From the NCBI GenBank assembly GCA_965237905.1, contig OZ250172.1:1536001-1600000 (forward strand): a stretch of DNA of 64,000 nucleotides. Direction: 5' to 3'. Each line of letters begins with the position of its first letter. Within the stretch, counting starts at the first letter, position 1. Made by a program: the position numbers and the translations under genes. Shown piece by piece: positions 30,746 through 40,598 of this stretch. The stretch is from Nitrospinaceae bacterium. GTDB lineage: Bacteria > Nitrospinota > Nitrospinia > Nitrospinales > Nitrospinaceae. The notes under the pieces are model-generated. The model was not told the origin of the DNA. It saw nothing but the letters and a program-made list of their open reading frames with translations, and ran no database searches.

Positions 30746-31264
30746 TTAAAACTGAATCAGTGAATACATCGGCAGGTCTTTGAGTTTCTCGCGGCCGTTG
30801 AGGAAGGTGAGTTCGATGATGAACGCGGCTTCGACGATTTCCGCGTGGAAGTTTTGGCGGATCATATCAACCGTCGCGGCCATGGTGCCGCCGGTGGCGA
30901 GTACGTCATCGATGATCACCACGCGTTCGCCTTCCTTCAGTGCGTCCTGATGAATCTCGACGGTGTCGGTGCCGTATTCCAGATCGTAGGTCTGCTTAAA
31001 AGTTTTGTACGGAAGCTTGCCGGGTTTGCGCACCATGACACATCCCGCGCCCAGTGCATAGGCGAGGGTCGCGGCGAAGATGAACCCGCGCGCCTCGATG
31101 CCCACCACATGATCGATCTTCTTCCCTGTGTAGCGTTCTTTTAAGTGATCCACCACGGTGGTGAACTGCACGGGGTCTCCCAACAGCGGCGTGATGTCCT
31201 TGAAGATGATGCCTTTCTTGGGAAAGTCGGGGATGTCCCGGATAATCTGCCTCAGCGCTTCCAT
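30746..31264 (-). CDS. apt: Adenine phosphoribosyltransferase
   Basis: [36 protein letters not shown]. Confidence 0.96.
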   Translation of the reverse strand: MEALRQIIRDIPDFPKKGIIFKDITPLLGDPVQFTTVVDHLKERYTGKKIDHVVGIEARGFIFAATLAYALGAGCVMVRKPGKLPYKTFKQTYDLEYGTDTVEIHQDALKEGERVVIIDDVLATGGTMAATVDMIRQNFHAEIVEAAFIIELTFLNGREKLKDLPMYSLIQF

Positions 31265-31335
31265 TGCATTCCTTTCGGGTGATTAAAAATCAAAACGGTT
31301 GTCTGACGGGAGTCTAACTTAAAGAGTGAAGAATA

Positions 31336-32106
31336 TCATTTTTTGAAATACAGGAATGGGTTTTTGGCATGGGTATCGTTGCGCACTTCGAAATGCAGGT
31401 GCGGTCCGCTGGCCCGTCCGGTTTTGCCGACGCGCCCGATCATCTGGCCGCGTTTTACCTTATTACCCTTTTTGACAAGGTTGCGCGAGTTGTGCGCATA
31501 CACCGTGGTCAGGTTGCCGGGATGTTTGATGATGATCATCTGGCCGTATCCCGTTGGACCCCACCCGCTGAACTCGACTTTTCCACCCTCGGCGGCACGG
31601 ATGGGTGTTCCCCGGCGCGCGCCGATGTCGATGCCATGATGATTTTTGCCGTTGCGCGTTCCGAAACGTGACGTCAGCACGCCGCCTTTCACCGGCCACA
31701 TCAGTTTTCTCTTCGCGGACGTCGTTTTCCTTTTGGTGACTGTCTTCTTTTTGGCACTGGATTTCTTTTTCTGGGGGACGGGTGGTTTGGAAACACCGGG
31801 GGCGTTGGGCACCGTCGGCGCAACGTACACGACCCGGTCTGCCTTGGGAATCCACAAAAAATGCCCCACATCCAATTCCGACGGGTCCCGGATCCCGTTG
31901 ATCCGTTGCAGTTCGTTGACACTCATTCCATACGCTTTGGCGATGGAGTACAACGTCTGCCCCTTTTTGACCGGGTGGTAGATGCCATCGGATCTGTGAA
32001 AATCATCGAACGCCTCATAGTAAGGCACACCCCCGCAATTGGAGAGGGTCAAGCCCAGCACCAGGCAAAGGGCGAAGCGAACCAGAAGCTGTCGGGGGGA
32101 GATCAT
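31336..32106 (-). CDS. LysM + M23 peptidase lipoprotein (NlpD-like)
   Basis: Lipobox LSNC, LysM VKKGQTLYSIAKAY, HHGIDI, HLHFEVR. Confidence 0.9.
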   Translation of the reverse strand: MISPRQLLVRFALCLVLGLTLSNCGGVPYYEAFDDFHRSDGIYHPVKKGQTLYSIAKAYGMSVNELQRINGIRDPSELDVGHFLWIPKADRVVYVAPTVPNAPGVSKPPVPQKKKSSAKKKTVTKRKTTSAKRKLMWPVKGGVLTSRFGTRNGKNHHGIDIGARRGTPIRAAEGGKVEFSGWGPTGYGQMIIIKHPGNLTTVYAHNSRNLVKKGNKVKRGQMIGRVGKTGRASGPHLHFEVRNDTHAKNPFLYFKK

Positions 32107-32411
32107 GGCGGGATGACGTTAAATTATTGTTAATAAATAGCTTAAGATATAGAAAAGCACTGTGTCAAGGCGATTCCCGGCTTTACAAGGTCTGCCACAT
32201 CCTGTATAAGTCGGGATCAGCGCGAAGCGGTTTGATTGCAACAGCTTGCGCCTCCCCACACGGGGAGGGGAAACTGGCTAAAAGGTAACTGCAAGAGAAA
32301 CCTCTTGAGCGCAAGCGGAGTACCTCTGCAGGCAATTTGAAAATTATCTCCGGCGATTCGCCGGGCGTCGCGCTGGCTGGCCTCAACCCTCTTCATCAAC
32401 AGAGAATTCAT

Positions 32412-33551
32412 GTGACTCGTTTGATCCTGATTGGTTTCATCGCCTCGGTGGTGCTCGGCGCCTTTGCGGGATGCGGACCCAGCGCCAGGGACCCGCAACC
32501 GTTCGGCATCCCCTCCGCGTACAAGGTCGGCAAAAAACCCGCCACGCTGGTCGCCCACGACATGAACAACGATGAGTTTCCGGACCTCCTGATCCCAAAT
32601 ACGGACGACCACACATTAATGTTTTTTGAGGGCAACGGCGACGGTTCGTTCAAGGAACCGTTCGTGATGAACACCGGTCGAGAGCCGGTAGCTCTGGCGG
32701 TGGCGGATTTCAACAGTGACCGCATCCCCGATGCCGCCGTGTGCAATTACGGCGACGGTAATTTCTCCGTCATCCTCGGACAAGTAGATGGCGTGTTCAA
32801 AATGCTCGACCCGGTGAAGACCGGCAAGCTTCCGATCGCCATCACCACCGGCGATTTCAATAACGACCGCAAGGCGGATCTGGCAGTGACCTTGCGATTC
32901 GACAAGCTGATTATTTTTCTCGGCAACGGCGACGGCACCTTCAAACACGCGGAAGCCTATATCGCACCCGGCACACCGTCGCGACTGGTTGCAGGCGATT
33001 ACAACGGCGACAACAACCAGGACCTCGCCATCGCCTTCAACGCGATGAAGATGAATTTCATCCGCATCTACGACGGCAATGGCGACGGCACCTTCCAGCC
33101 GCCGAGGAAAGTCTTCGGTGGCAAGCAGGCAAGCTTCATCACCCAGAGCGACATGAACGGTGACGGCCATCTGGACCTGATCATCTCCAGCGCCCTTGCG
33201 GACAGTTTGACTATATTTCTAGGCGACGGCAAAGGTGATTTTAAGAGACAGGAAGATTTCGCCGCGGAAAAGGGACCGGGATACATCGTGCCGGGTGAGT
33301 TTACGGGCGACAAGATACCGGACTTGATCGTCGGTAACGTGCGCGACGGCGACATCTCGTTACTGCAGGGGCGGGGCGACGGGTCGTTCATCTTTCCGCA
33401 TTTCAATTATGCAGTAGGGCGCCAACCGCGCGCCATCGCCGGCGCCGACTTCAACAAGGACGGATTGAAAGATCTCGCAGTTTTACTCTACGATTCCGCC
33501 ACACTCCAAATCTTCATGCGCAAAATCGACAACGGCCGCATCGAGTCCTGA
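32412..33551 (+). CDS. FG-GAP/VCBS repeat lipoprotein
   Basis: Repeated DFNxDxxxDL...GNGDGTF units; lipobox FAGC; GTG start inferred. Confidence 0.85.
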   Translation: MTRLILIGFIASVVLGAFAGCGPSARDPQPFGIPSAYKVGKKPATLVAHDMNNDEFPDLLIPNTDDHTLMFFEGNGDGSFKEPFVMNTGREPVALAVADFNSDRIPDAAVCNYGDGNFSVILGQVDGVFKMLDPVKTGKLPIAITTGDFNNDRKADLAVTLRFDKLIIFLGNGDGTFKHAEAYIAPGTPSRLVAGDYNGDNNQDLAIAFNAMKMNFIRIYDGNGDGTFQPPRKVFGGKQASFITQSDMNGDGHLDLIISSALADSLTIFLGDGKGDFKRQEDFAAEKGPGYIVPGEFTGDKIPDLIVGNVRDGDISLLQGRGDGSFIFPHFNYAVGRQPRAIAGADFNKDGLKDLAVLLYDSATLQIFMRKIDNGRIES

Positions 33552-33660
33552 CCTCCCCGCACCACAAAACAAAAAACATCTGACAGGACAACAGGATAAA
33601 ATCTGAATAACCCGGAACAGGGAAAAGGGGAACAAAGGAAGAATTGAAAAATCCAAACAC

Positions 33661-33737
33661 AGATTCTTCGTCGCCTGCGGCTTCTCAGAATGACACACCC
33701 TTTTCAATTTGTCATCCTGAGCGTTAGCGAAGAATCT
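33661..33737. repeat. REP-like inverted pair AGATTCTTCG...CTCAGAATGAC / GTCATCCTGAGCG..AGCGAAGAATCT
   Basis: Second occurrence at 52403-52477. Confidence 0.75.
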
Positions 33738-33781
33738 GTGTTTTCCCTTTATTCCCCCTCTAATTTATATTCACCCTTTTT

Positions 33782-33822
33782 AATCGGCTTGCGGAATATG
33801 TGAACCTTTGTTAAGTTTGGGC
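33782..33822 (+). promoter_or_regulatory. Conserved promoter-like motif (copy 2)
   Basis: AATCGGC-TTGCGG-N17-TAAGTT-TGGGC with TG extended -10; matches 27041-27081. Confidence 0.6.
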
Positions 33823-33901
33823 AACCGTTCTTAACAAAGGGAAAGGCCTATTTTATGAGAAAGCTACCCCTCTTATCAGAGTGAAATAATAGAGGTCGAT
33901 T

Positions 33902-34369
33902 ATGTCAAGCCCCGTATGGGTTGGTCTTTTTAAAATTAGAGATTTACTCGAAAATATCCACAGTGCAAATCAGCAATGGCCCCCAAAAGCAAACGGTGTG
34001 TATATAATTTCTAAGCGGCTTTGGAGAACAAAGCCAAATACTAATAGTGAAATTTTGTATGTTGGAGGCAACACAGGAAAGAGCGAACGGTTCGTTACGA
34101 GAATAGGAGACCTTATGGCAGACCTATTTGGTTTTTATGGAGGAAATACAGGGCATCATTCTGGCGGACAATCAATTAATAAATACTGCCATGAAAATAA
34201 GATACACCCACTAAATTTATTTTTAGGCTGGAAAAAATATCTCATAAGTCCAGAATCAAAATCAAGCGCTCCTAGTAATTGCTCTCGTTGCCAAGAAGTT
34301 CTATTACATGCAGACCTAAGTCCAAAGCTAAATAAAAATAAACCCTCTAAATGCAAATGGCATAGTTAG
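33902..34369 (+). CDS. GIY-YIG nuclease-like protein
   Basis: PPKANGVYII...ILYVG...R...CQE...LSPKLN follows GIY-YIG motif order; AT-rich. Confidence 0.65.
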   Translation: MSSPVWVGLFKIRDLLENIHSANQQWPPKANGVYIISKRLWRTKPNTNSEILYVGGNTGKSERFVTRIGDLMADLFGFYGGNTGHHSGGQSINKYCHENKIHPLNLFLGWKKYLISPESKSSAPSNCSRCQEVLLHADLSPKLNKNKPSKCKWHS

Positions 34370-34437
34370 CCAAATTGATGGTATTAAAAATAGTTCAAAT
34401 TCTAAAATCTTTTTTAATTAAATTTTTGAACCTAAAA

Positions 34438-35040
34438 ATGGATAAGACTAAGAAAGATATATTTATTTCACCAGCCCCAGCAGTAGCAAAGACAACTGCA
34501 TTATCACCAACTGTATGGGTTTCAGCGAATTTCTCACATAAATGGTTCGAAGATGCCTTACATGAGGCAACAACAGAAAACACTGAAAATTCAATGCGGC
34601 GCGAAATAATCTTTTCTGTTTGTTTTTTAGAAAGCTACATTTTTGAATGGGTTAGAAATATAGACATTGGTATTATAAATAACTACTTCCCAGCTCAATC
34701 AAGATATCAGGGCGATACTCGCTATCGCAGAACTCTTAAAAATAAGTGGAAAGGAATTCCAAAAGAATTATTCGGTGAGGGCAAACTAACCTGCGAGCCA
34801 AGCTTGAATCTTTCAGAACTAGGAATATTAATTAAATACCGAGATGGGCTTGTTCATGCCGCAGCCAGCCGTCCATCAACAGACGTCCAAGCTCCTAATG
34901 AAAAACCTGTACCACCAATCGATGAATTAAAAAAGCTAAGTTCAGGATGGGCTCTTTCAATAGCAGTAGAATTAGTTAAAAAGTTGCATAATGATTTAGG
35001 AACAGACCCCCCAGATTATTTTGAAAACTGGAAAAAATGA
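34438..35040 (+). CDS. HEPN-like protein
   Basis: Helical; FLESYI, LKNKW and R-X4-H motif RDGLVH; start may be 34375-34438. Confidence 0.6.
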   Translation: MDKTKKDIFISPAPAVAKTTALSPTVWVSANFSHKWFEDALHEATTENTENSMRREIIFSVCFLESYIFEWVRNIDIGIINNYFPAQSRYQGDTRYRRTLKNKWKGIPKELFGEGKLTCEPSLNLSELGILIKYRDGLVHAAASRPSTDVQAPNEKPVPPIDELKKLSSGWALSIAVELVKKLHNDLGTDPPDYFENWKK

Positions 35041-36224
35041 AAATATCCATACAGTCTTACAGAATCTATGGTTCTAAAAAACACTACCGGCAGGAATCAC
35101 CGAGAACACCTTCCGCAAAACCACTTGTAATCTCCAATTACCCTCAAGCAAACGAGAAATCAGAAATAATCTTGGGAGAGTTTCCAAAAGATTATGAGAT
35201 AGCCTTCCAGGCCAGGAAAGCATTTGTAAGAAGTCTTGCTGATTCTTTCATTATCCAAGCTAACCGAGAGGGAGAAGATAATGTTTTTGACGATTATATT
35301 CAAAAAACAATAGAAACATCAGAACTCAAAGTTTCGGAGGAAGATTGGAATTGTTATATAACTTTTATAATTGATAAAGAAATTGAAATTGAGGATGAAT
35401 ATATTAAAAACCGGAAATATCTTTGGTTGAACGCTAGAATAGCTACCCAATTAAAAGAAGAATTTCATCAATACTGTCAATTGTACCTTGATAGGCTGAC
35501 CTCCCTCGGAATTATAGTTTTCGGAGAAGATATTATTTCAAATATTGTCGTAGAGGATGAAATTTTCTGCGCCCCAGATAAGATGCCGTTTAGCCAATTT
35601 GAAATTAAGGGTGGTGAAGCGAGTATTTCTCTAGAATTAGACCCTATTGAAGAAAAGTTGGATCAAAAAACTATCGAAAACTTATTAAATAATTTTTGCA
35701 AACTATCAAGTCGCGTCCATAAATTTTTCGATTCTGCAAGGCATTGGTATCTTGCCGCAGAAAAAGAAACCGATCCTTGGAAAAGGTTTATGTGGGGTTT
35801 CTTGGTAATGGAGATACTGGCAAGTAAAATATCTAACCAACTATATGATCATGTTATGGGGAGCTTAACTATTGAATACGATGCAATTGATAACGATGAT
35901 GACAGGAAAATTGAACCTTGGATTTCTCTAAAAGAATTATATCCTCCTAAGGATCGTTTAAATTTGACCCAAAAATTCACAATAATGGCTATCGGATTGA
36001 AAAGTAAAACAATATTAAAAGATATTGAAGCTTTTAAAAAGATAAAAAAATCCAGAGACCGATTATCTCATGGAGACCTCAAAAATGAATCTGAGTTACC
36101 ATTACATGAGTTTTTGCCTTTATTAAGAAGATATTTTGTAGAAGCAATAAAATTTAATTTAGAAAAAGGTAAAATTTCTCCTTTAGAGCCTCCTGATAAT
36201 ATGGAAATTAGGGTGAGTCTTTAA
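35037..36224 (+). CDS. ApeA-like HEPN domain protein
   Basis: ARHWY..A.....P..RF......ME...KKSRDRLSHG (R-X4-H); ATGA overlap with the upstream gene. Confidence 0.6.
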   Translation: MKISIQSYRIYGSKKHYRQESPRTPSAKPLVISNYPQANEKSEIILGEFPKDYEIAFQARKAFVRSLADSFIIQANREGEDNVFDDYIQKTIETSELKVSEEDWNCYITFIIDKEIEIEDEYIKNRKYLWLNARIATQLKEEFHQYCQLYLDRLTSLGIIVFGEDIISNIVVEDEIFCAPDKMPFSQFEIKGGEASISLELDPIEEKLDQKTIENLLNNFCKLSSRVHKFFDSARHWYLAAEKETDPWKRFMWGFLVMEILASKISNQLYDHVMGSLTIEYDAIDNDDDRKIEPWISLKELYPPKDRLNLTQKFTIMAIGLKSKTILKDIEAFKKIKKSRDRLSHGDLKNESELPLHEFLPLLRRYFVEAIKFNLEKGKISPLEPPDNMEIRVSL

Positions 36225-36303
36225 GCGAGGTGAAAAATCCCCCGGCCCCCTTCAAGAAGAGGAAGGTTCTCTCTGTGTCCTCTACGGTGAGTTAAGTCTT
36301 TTT

Positions 36304-38382
36304 TTATCCCCCGGTGAGTTTGGGGGCGGGGTAAGAGGGCAGGCGGTTGTAGAGGATCATTTTGGTTTCGGTGTCGAGGCGGCCGTGGTCCTTGAGGTTG
36401 TAGTAACGCTGGAACTTAGCCACAGCATCGGCGGTGCGCCGACCGTACCGGGGATCGGGCTGTTCGTTGTAGTAACCGAGCAGGTTCAACTGCTGTTGCA
36501 GCCATTTAGCAGGCTCACCTTTGTAGCCGGTTTTCATATCGCCGGGCAATTCTTCAAAATTTTTCCAGGGCACCCAGGCCTTGTGTGTCCACAGCGATTC
36601 AAATAGAGACAACGGAATTTCAAACGTCTCGTTGGAACGAAACACCCCCACATTGCCCTTGAGCGCCACCAACGCCAGGTAACGCGCGCCTTTGCCGTCC
36701 GGCAGGGTGAGCTCCACCAGAGCGGGATAGTTGAGCGTCGTTAACCGGTTCAGGTTGCTATTCGATTCATAAACGGAAAGCCCGTAATCGGTTTTTAGAA
36801 TTTTCTGCGCCTGCGGCGTCAGGGTGACCGTTTCTTTTTTGAAAGCGCGCCACCGTTTCAACACCCAGCGCGCGGCTTCGATTTTACTTTCACCGGTTGT
36901 CAGCGTGGACAGCTCCTCGACCAACTCTTTTTCTTGAGAAAATTTGACCGGAATTTGAGAATCCGCGGACTCATTGACCGGGCTGTCGCCCACCGAAGAC
37001 AGGGTGCGCGTTTGGGGCGACGCCTGGGGCACCAGTTGTCCCGACTGAGACAAATTCAGGGGTGTCTGCTCGATCATGTCGGTAATCTTGGTATCCTGCG
37101 GAACCGGATCAGATGATGAAAACTGGGTTTGAAAATAAACCGTGATCGCCGCCAGTCCACTGATCACCAAAAAAGCGGCGGCCAGCCTTCGAAGCGATCT
37201 GTTCCTCAAGGGTTTCGGTTGGATGTCCTCCAGAGTCTTCTCTGCCAGTCCGATAATAATGCGGTCGATCTTTTTCACTCCCCGAAGATGCGCCTCCGCC
37301 AGCGCCTGGTCGGCAAATCGGTTGATCAACCGGGGAAGGCCGCCGGAGGCCCGGAATACGGCATCGGCCGCAGGACGGCTGAAAGCCACCTTGCCCTTGC
37401 CGCCCGCCACATTCAGGCGATGCTGAATATAACCGTGCGTTTCTTCAAGGTTCAACGGATGCAGTTCCCACTGGGCACCGATGCGTTGCTGAAGTGATGC
37501 CATGGAGGACCGGTTCAGAGTTTTGTCCAACTCCGGCTGGCCGATCAAAACGATTTGGAGCAGTTTATCTTTTTCGGTTTCAAGGTTGGACAGGATGCGC
37601 AACTCTTCGAGCATCCCGGGAGCCAGGTCCTGCGCCTCGTCCACCACAACGGCGACGTACCGTCCCTCTGCTTTTTTCCTGATGAGGAACTTCCTTAAAT
37701 GAAACAACAACTCTTTTTTGTTTTTGCTGTGCGACGGCAGATTGAACTCGGCGTTGATGGATTGTATCAGCTCCACCGCGCTGTCGCAGGGATGAATCAG
37801 AGTGGCGAAATCGATGCCCGAATTCAGTTCCCTTAAGAAACTGCAACAGAGGATGGTTTTTCCAGTCCCCACGGCACCTACGATTTTCACGACTCCCTTG
37901 TTCTCCTGAAGAGCCAGCACCAACTGGGCCAGCACTTCCTTGTGCCGGGGAATCAGGTAAAAGTATTCCGGGTCGGGGGTGAGCTCAAACGGCTTTGCGC
38001 TCAATCCAAAAAATTCCAGATAAGACTGTGCCTGCTTGCGTTTGGCGATCATCACTTCCACGTCGCCTACTGCACGGGGAGGAGCCGGAACCTCGTCCGG
38101 TTCACTTGAAGTGTCCGGTTGGATATCTTTAAGATAGGGTGTGGGATCTATTCGCGCGTTATATTCCTCGCGCTTGGCATCATCCGAAAGCAGATCAAAC
38201 GCCTCCTGAACCTGTTCGATCTGCTCGATCAGCGAACCTTCCAAGGGACCCGGTTTGGGACGCTCCTGGGGATGATCGAAATATCGGATCCAGCCCAGAT
38301 ACGATTCCTTGATCTCACGCGGCGAGGCCTGGGGAGAAATTCCCAGCGCCTGGTAGTAATCGGTATATTTGACAGGGGACAC
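36304..38382 (-). CDS. ExeA/GspA-like AAA ATPase with N-terminal J-like domain and C-terminal peptidoglycan-binding domain
   Basis: YLEFFGLSAKPFELTPDP, GAVGTGKT, VVDEAQ, LIGQPEL, GGLPRLIN; LQQQLNLLGY...TADAVAKFQ. Confidence 0.85.
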   Translation of the reverse strand: MSPVKYTDYYQALGISPQASPREIKESYLGWIRYFDHPQERPKPGPLEGSLIEQIEQVQEAFDLLSDDAKREEYNARIDPTPYLKDIQPDTSSEPDEVPAPPRAVGDVEVMIAKRKQAQSYLEFFGLSAKPFELTPDPEYFYLIPRHKEVLAQLVLALQENKGVVKIVGAVGTGKTILCCSFLRELNSGIDFATLIHPCDSAVELIQSINAEFNLPSHSKNKKELLFHLRKFLIRKKAEGRYVAVVVDEAQDLAPGMLEELRILSNLETEKDKLLQIVLIGQPELDKTLNRSSMASLQQRIGAQWELHPLNLEETHGYIQHRLNVAGGKGKVAFSRPAADAVFRASGGLPRLINRFADQALAEAHLRGVKKIDRIIIGLAEKTLEDIQPKPLRNRSLRRLAAAFLVISGLAAITVYFQTQFSSSDPVPQDTKITDMIEQTPLNLSQSGQLVPQASPQTRTLSSVGDSPVNESADSQIPVKFSQEKELVEELSTLTTGESKIEAARWVLKRWRAFKKETVTLTPQAQKILKTDYGLSVYESNSNLNRLTTLNYPALVELTLPDGKGARYLALVALKGNVGVFRSNETFEIPLSLFESLWTHKAWVPWKNFEELPGDMKTGYKGEPAKWLQQQLNLLGYYNEQPDPRYGRRTADAVAKFQRYYNLKDHGRLDTETKMILYNRLPSYPAPKLTGG

Positions 38383-38735
38383 AGCGCACTCTCCAGAAGT
38401 TCAGTTGCCGATTCGAAATCAACAGCCTTTTTTTGCCGCCGTATCAATATACAAATTCTGGAGAGAACTGTAAACAAAAAATAACGGACAAGTCCTTAAA
38501 AAACAATAATATGAGTGAAAATCCAGCGGTCTGGGCCGAATTTGCCCCAATCGGAGTGATGGGCTGAGAGCGGTTGACCGGAAAGGCTGGATAGGGGTAT
38601 GGTGTGGCCCAACGGCTCCCTTGACAGGGAGGGGACCGGGCCAAGCCCGGTGTGAATATATCCGGAGTAATCTCTGTTTAAACTGGGTCCAGCATCACGT
38701 TGACCGGTAGCTCATGGTGACAGGACTCTGCGATT

Positions 38736-38921
38736 ATGACCTCAAAGCCCAAACCCAAACCGAAATGTCCCGCCTGTGGAAAACCGGCGGTCAAGAAGGA
38801 CAATGCCTTTTTTCCGTTCTGCTCCGAGCAGTGCCGGTTGATTGATCTGGGACATTGGCTGGCCAGCGGCTATTCCGTACCCAGCTCCCTTGACAGGGAG
38901 GGGAAAGATGCTGACCGTTAG
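38736..38921 (+). CDS. yacG: DNA gyrase inhibitor YacG
   Basis: CPACGK...FPFCSEQCRLIDLGHW...Y.VP. Confidence 0.85.
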   Translation: MTSKPKPKPKCPACGKPAVKKDNAFFPFCSEQCRLIDLGHWLASGYSVPSSLDREGKDADR

Positions 38922-39194
38922 CGGCTATTGACATCTACTGGGCGCAATTTAAAATTTGGGTCCAGCGTCACGCTGGCCGGTAGCGATTCTCCCTTGTCAC
39001 CGGACCCCGAATCCCCAGAAAACAATTAAATGAAGAATCCCCCCGGCCCCCTTTACAAGGGGGAGCAAAATCAAAAATCCTGTTCATCCTGCTGATCCCG
39101 TTATTCGTTCCTCCAGGATGTTGATGGTTATCACCTGTTTGGGAGGACCTGTCTGCGTTTGGTTTTCTCTGTGCCCTCTGTGGTAATCAATCAG

Positions 39195-39662
39195 CTAGGG
39201 TTTGATGTAGAGGTAGCCCTGTTCCTGCAGGTCGGCGATGCGCTTGACAGCAACCGGGTGCGCGGTCGGTTTGAATCCCGGTGTCAGTTTATCCAATGGA
39301 CGGTTGAACAGTTTCATGGACACCTGGCACATTTCCGGTTTCACGCCTATATCCAGAATCTTTTTCAGTTTGGCCTTGAGGGCGGGATCGACGCTTTCCT
39401 TATCGAACAGCATCAGAGCGGGTCCGTGCACAACGACCTTCACGTCGATTTTGTCCAGCCCGCCTTCCGCTTCGATGTGTTTGTTGATGAGCGCCATGGC
39501 GTACTTGGCGGTGCCGACATCCGAACTGTCGATGTGATACAGCACCTTCAATTTACCATCAGGTGTGCGATGGTTGTCCGCTCCCGCCTGCGCGGAAATC
39601 ACTCCGGACAACAGGAAAATGCCAATCAGTAATATTCGAAATACCAGCTTGCGTTGCGACAT
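39195..39662 (-). CDS. Secreted DsrE-family protein
   Basis: KVLYHID, VVVHGPAL, EMCQVSM, IADLQEQGYLYIKP. Confidence 0.8.
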   Translation of the reverse strand: MSQRKLVFRILLIGIFLLSGVISAQAGADNHRTPDGKLKVLYHIDSSDVGTAKYAMALINKHIEAEGGLDKIDVKVVVHGPALMLFDKESVDPALKAKLKKILDIGVKPEMCQVSMKLFNRPLDKLTPGFKPTAHPVAVKRIADLQEQGYLYIKP

Positions 39663-39776
39663 ATGATCCTCCTGGAACTGCGTTCCAAAGTTTTTTAAGA
39701 TGAGCCCCGACCCGACCGGGGACGAAAAGTATGTTTGTCTGAGTGTACCACGGCTGAAATTTCCGCACGCAAATAC

Positions 39777-39863
39777 TCAGCGGCTTTTTTTGGGTTCGTC
39801 AGAACGGGGAATGGCGGGCAGGTCGTTGAAACTCAGGAGATATCAGGAGTAGGTATACTTAAG
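39777..39863 (-). pseudogene. Decayed duplicate of the 3' end of gene 40599-40973
   Basis: Reads LKYTYS*YLLSFNDLPAIP versus LKYAYPGYKLSFNDLPSIP; 20-nt exact match. Confidence 0.75.
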
Positions 39864-39871
39864 CGATCTGA

Positions 39872-40522
39872 TTACTTTACAGGGCAGTTCTGATTGTAAC
39901 GGGTAAAAACAAAATTTGGTCCTTGACCGGGATGGGCGTTCCGTATCTTTAAGGCTTCGGCTTTCGCCAACTTGGCTTCCTCATTTCTGCCAGAAAGATC
40001 GAGGGCTTCCCCATACTCTTCAAAGAGAAGAGCTACCCCTATCGGATCACTTTTTACTGCGCCCAATTTTTTGATTGTTTCCAAACCGCTTGTGAAATAT
40101 TGTACAGATTCTTTTTTTCGGCCTGTATCGTAAAATAAATGTGCCAACTCGAAATAATTGGCGCTTAAATTTCCGGGAGCCCTGTCTCCAGGAGACATTT
40201 TAAGATAAAGATCAAGCGCCTCTTTTAAAAATTTTTCAGCCTCCGTATGTTCACAAAGATAACCCGTCAACCGACCATATTCGTACTTTATCAAAGCAGT
40301 TTCATAGTCTGAAAGATGTCCCATCTCTGCATTGGCCAAGGCTCTGCTATAATTCTTTCTGGCTAATTCTAAATCCCCCATGTTTTCGGCCTGGATTCCT
40401 GCACGGTAATAATTTTTGTAGGTCCTTCGATTAATAGGATTTGCACAAGCAGTAATCCAACACAACACTAAAATAAGGGCCACCAAAGCAAATCTTTTTT
40501 GACCATAAAGAAAATGATCCAT
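39872..40522 (-). CDS. TPR-repeat lipoprotein (AT-rich cassette)
   Basis: Lipobox ITAC; TPR-like helices (AEKFLKEALDL, ELAHLFYDTGR). Confidence 0.75.
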   Translation of the reverse strand: MDHFLYGQKRFALVALILVLCWITACANPINRRTYKNYYRAGIQAENMGDLELARKNYSRALANAEMGHLSDYETALIKYEYGRLTGYLCEHTEAEKFLKEALDLYLKMSPGDRAPGNLSANYFELAHLFYDTGRKKESVQYFTSGLETIKKLGAVKSDPIGVALLFEEYGEALDLSGRNEEAKLAKAEALKIRNAHPGQGPNFVFTRYNQNCPVK

Positions 40523-40598
40523 ATCGAAAATTCCCCTAATTACAAATCATATGAAGTTTGGAGTTAACAATACTACATATCTGATTTTTTTGTCTTTT

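Noticed and set aside
32412..33551. Internal DNA repeats (GGCAACGGCGACGG)
   Set aside because: Explained by FG-GAP protein repeats.
26990..36260. Classical integron or prophage
   Set aside because: No intI, no recognisable attC core sites, and no phage or integrase genes; core genes are interspersed.
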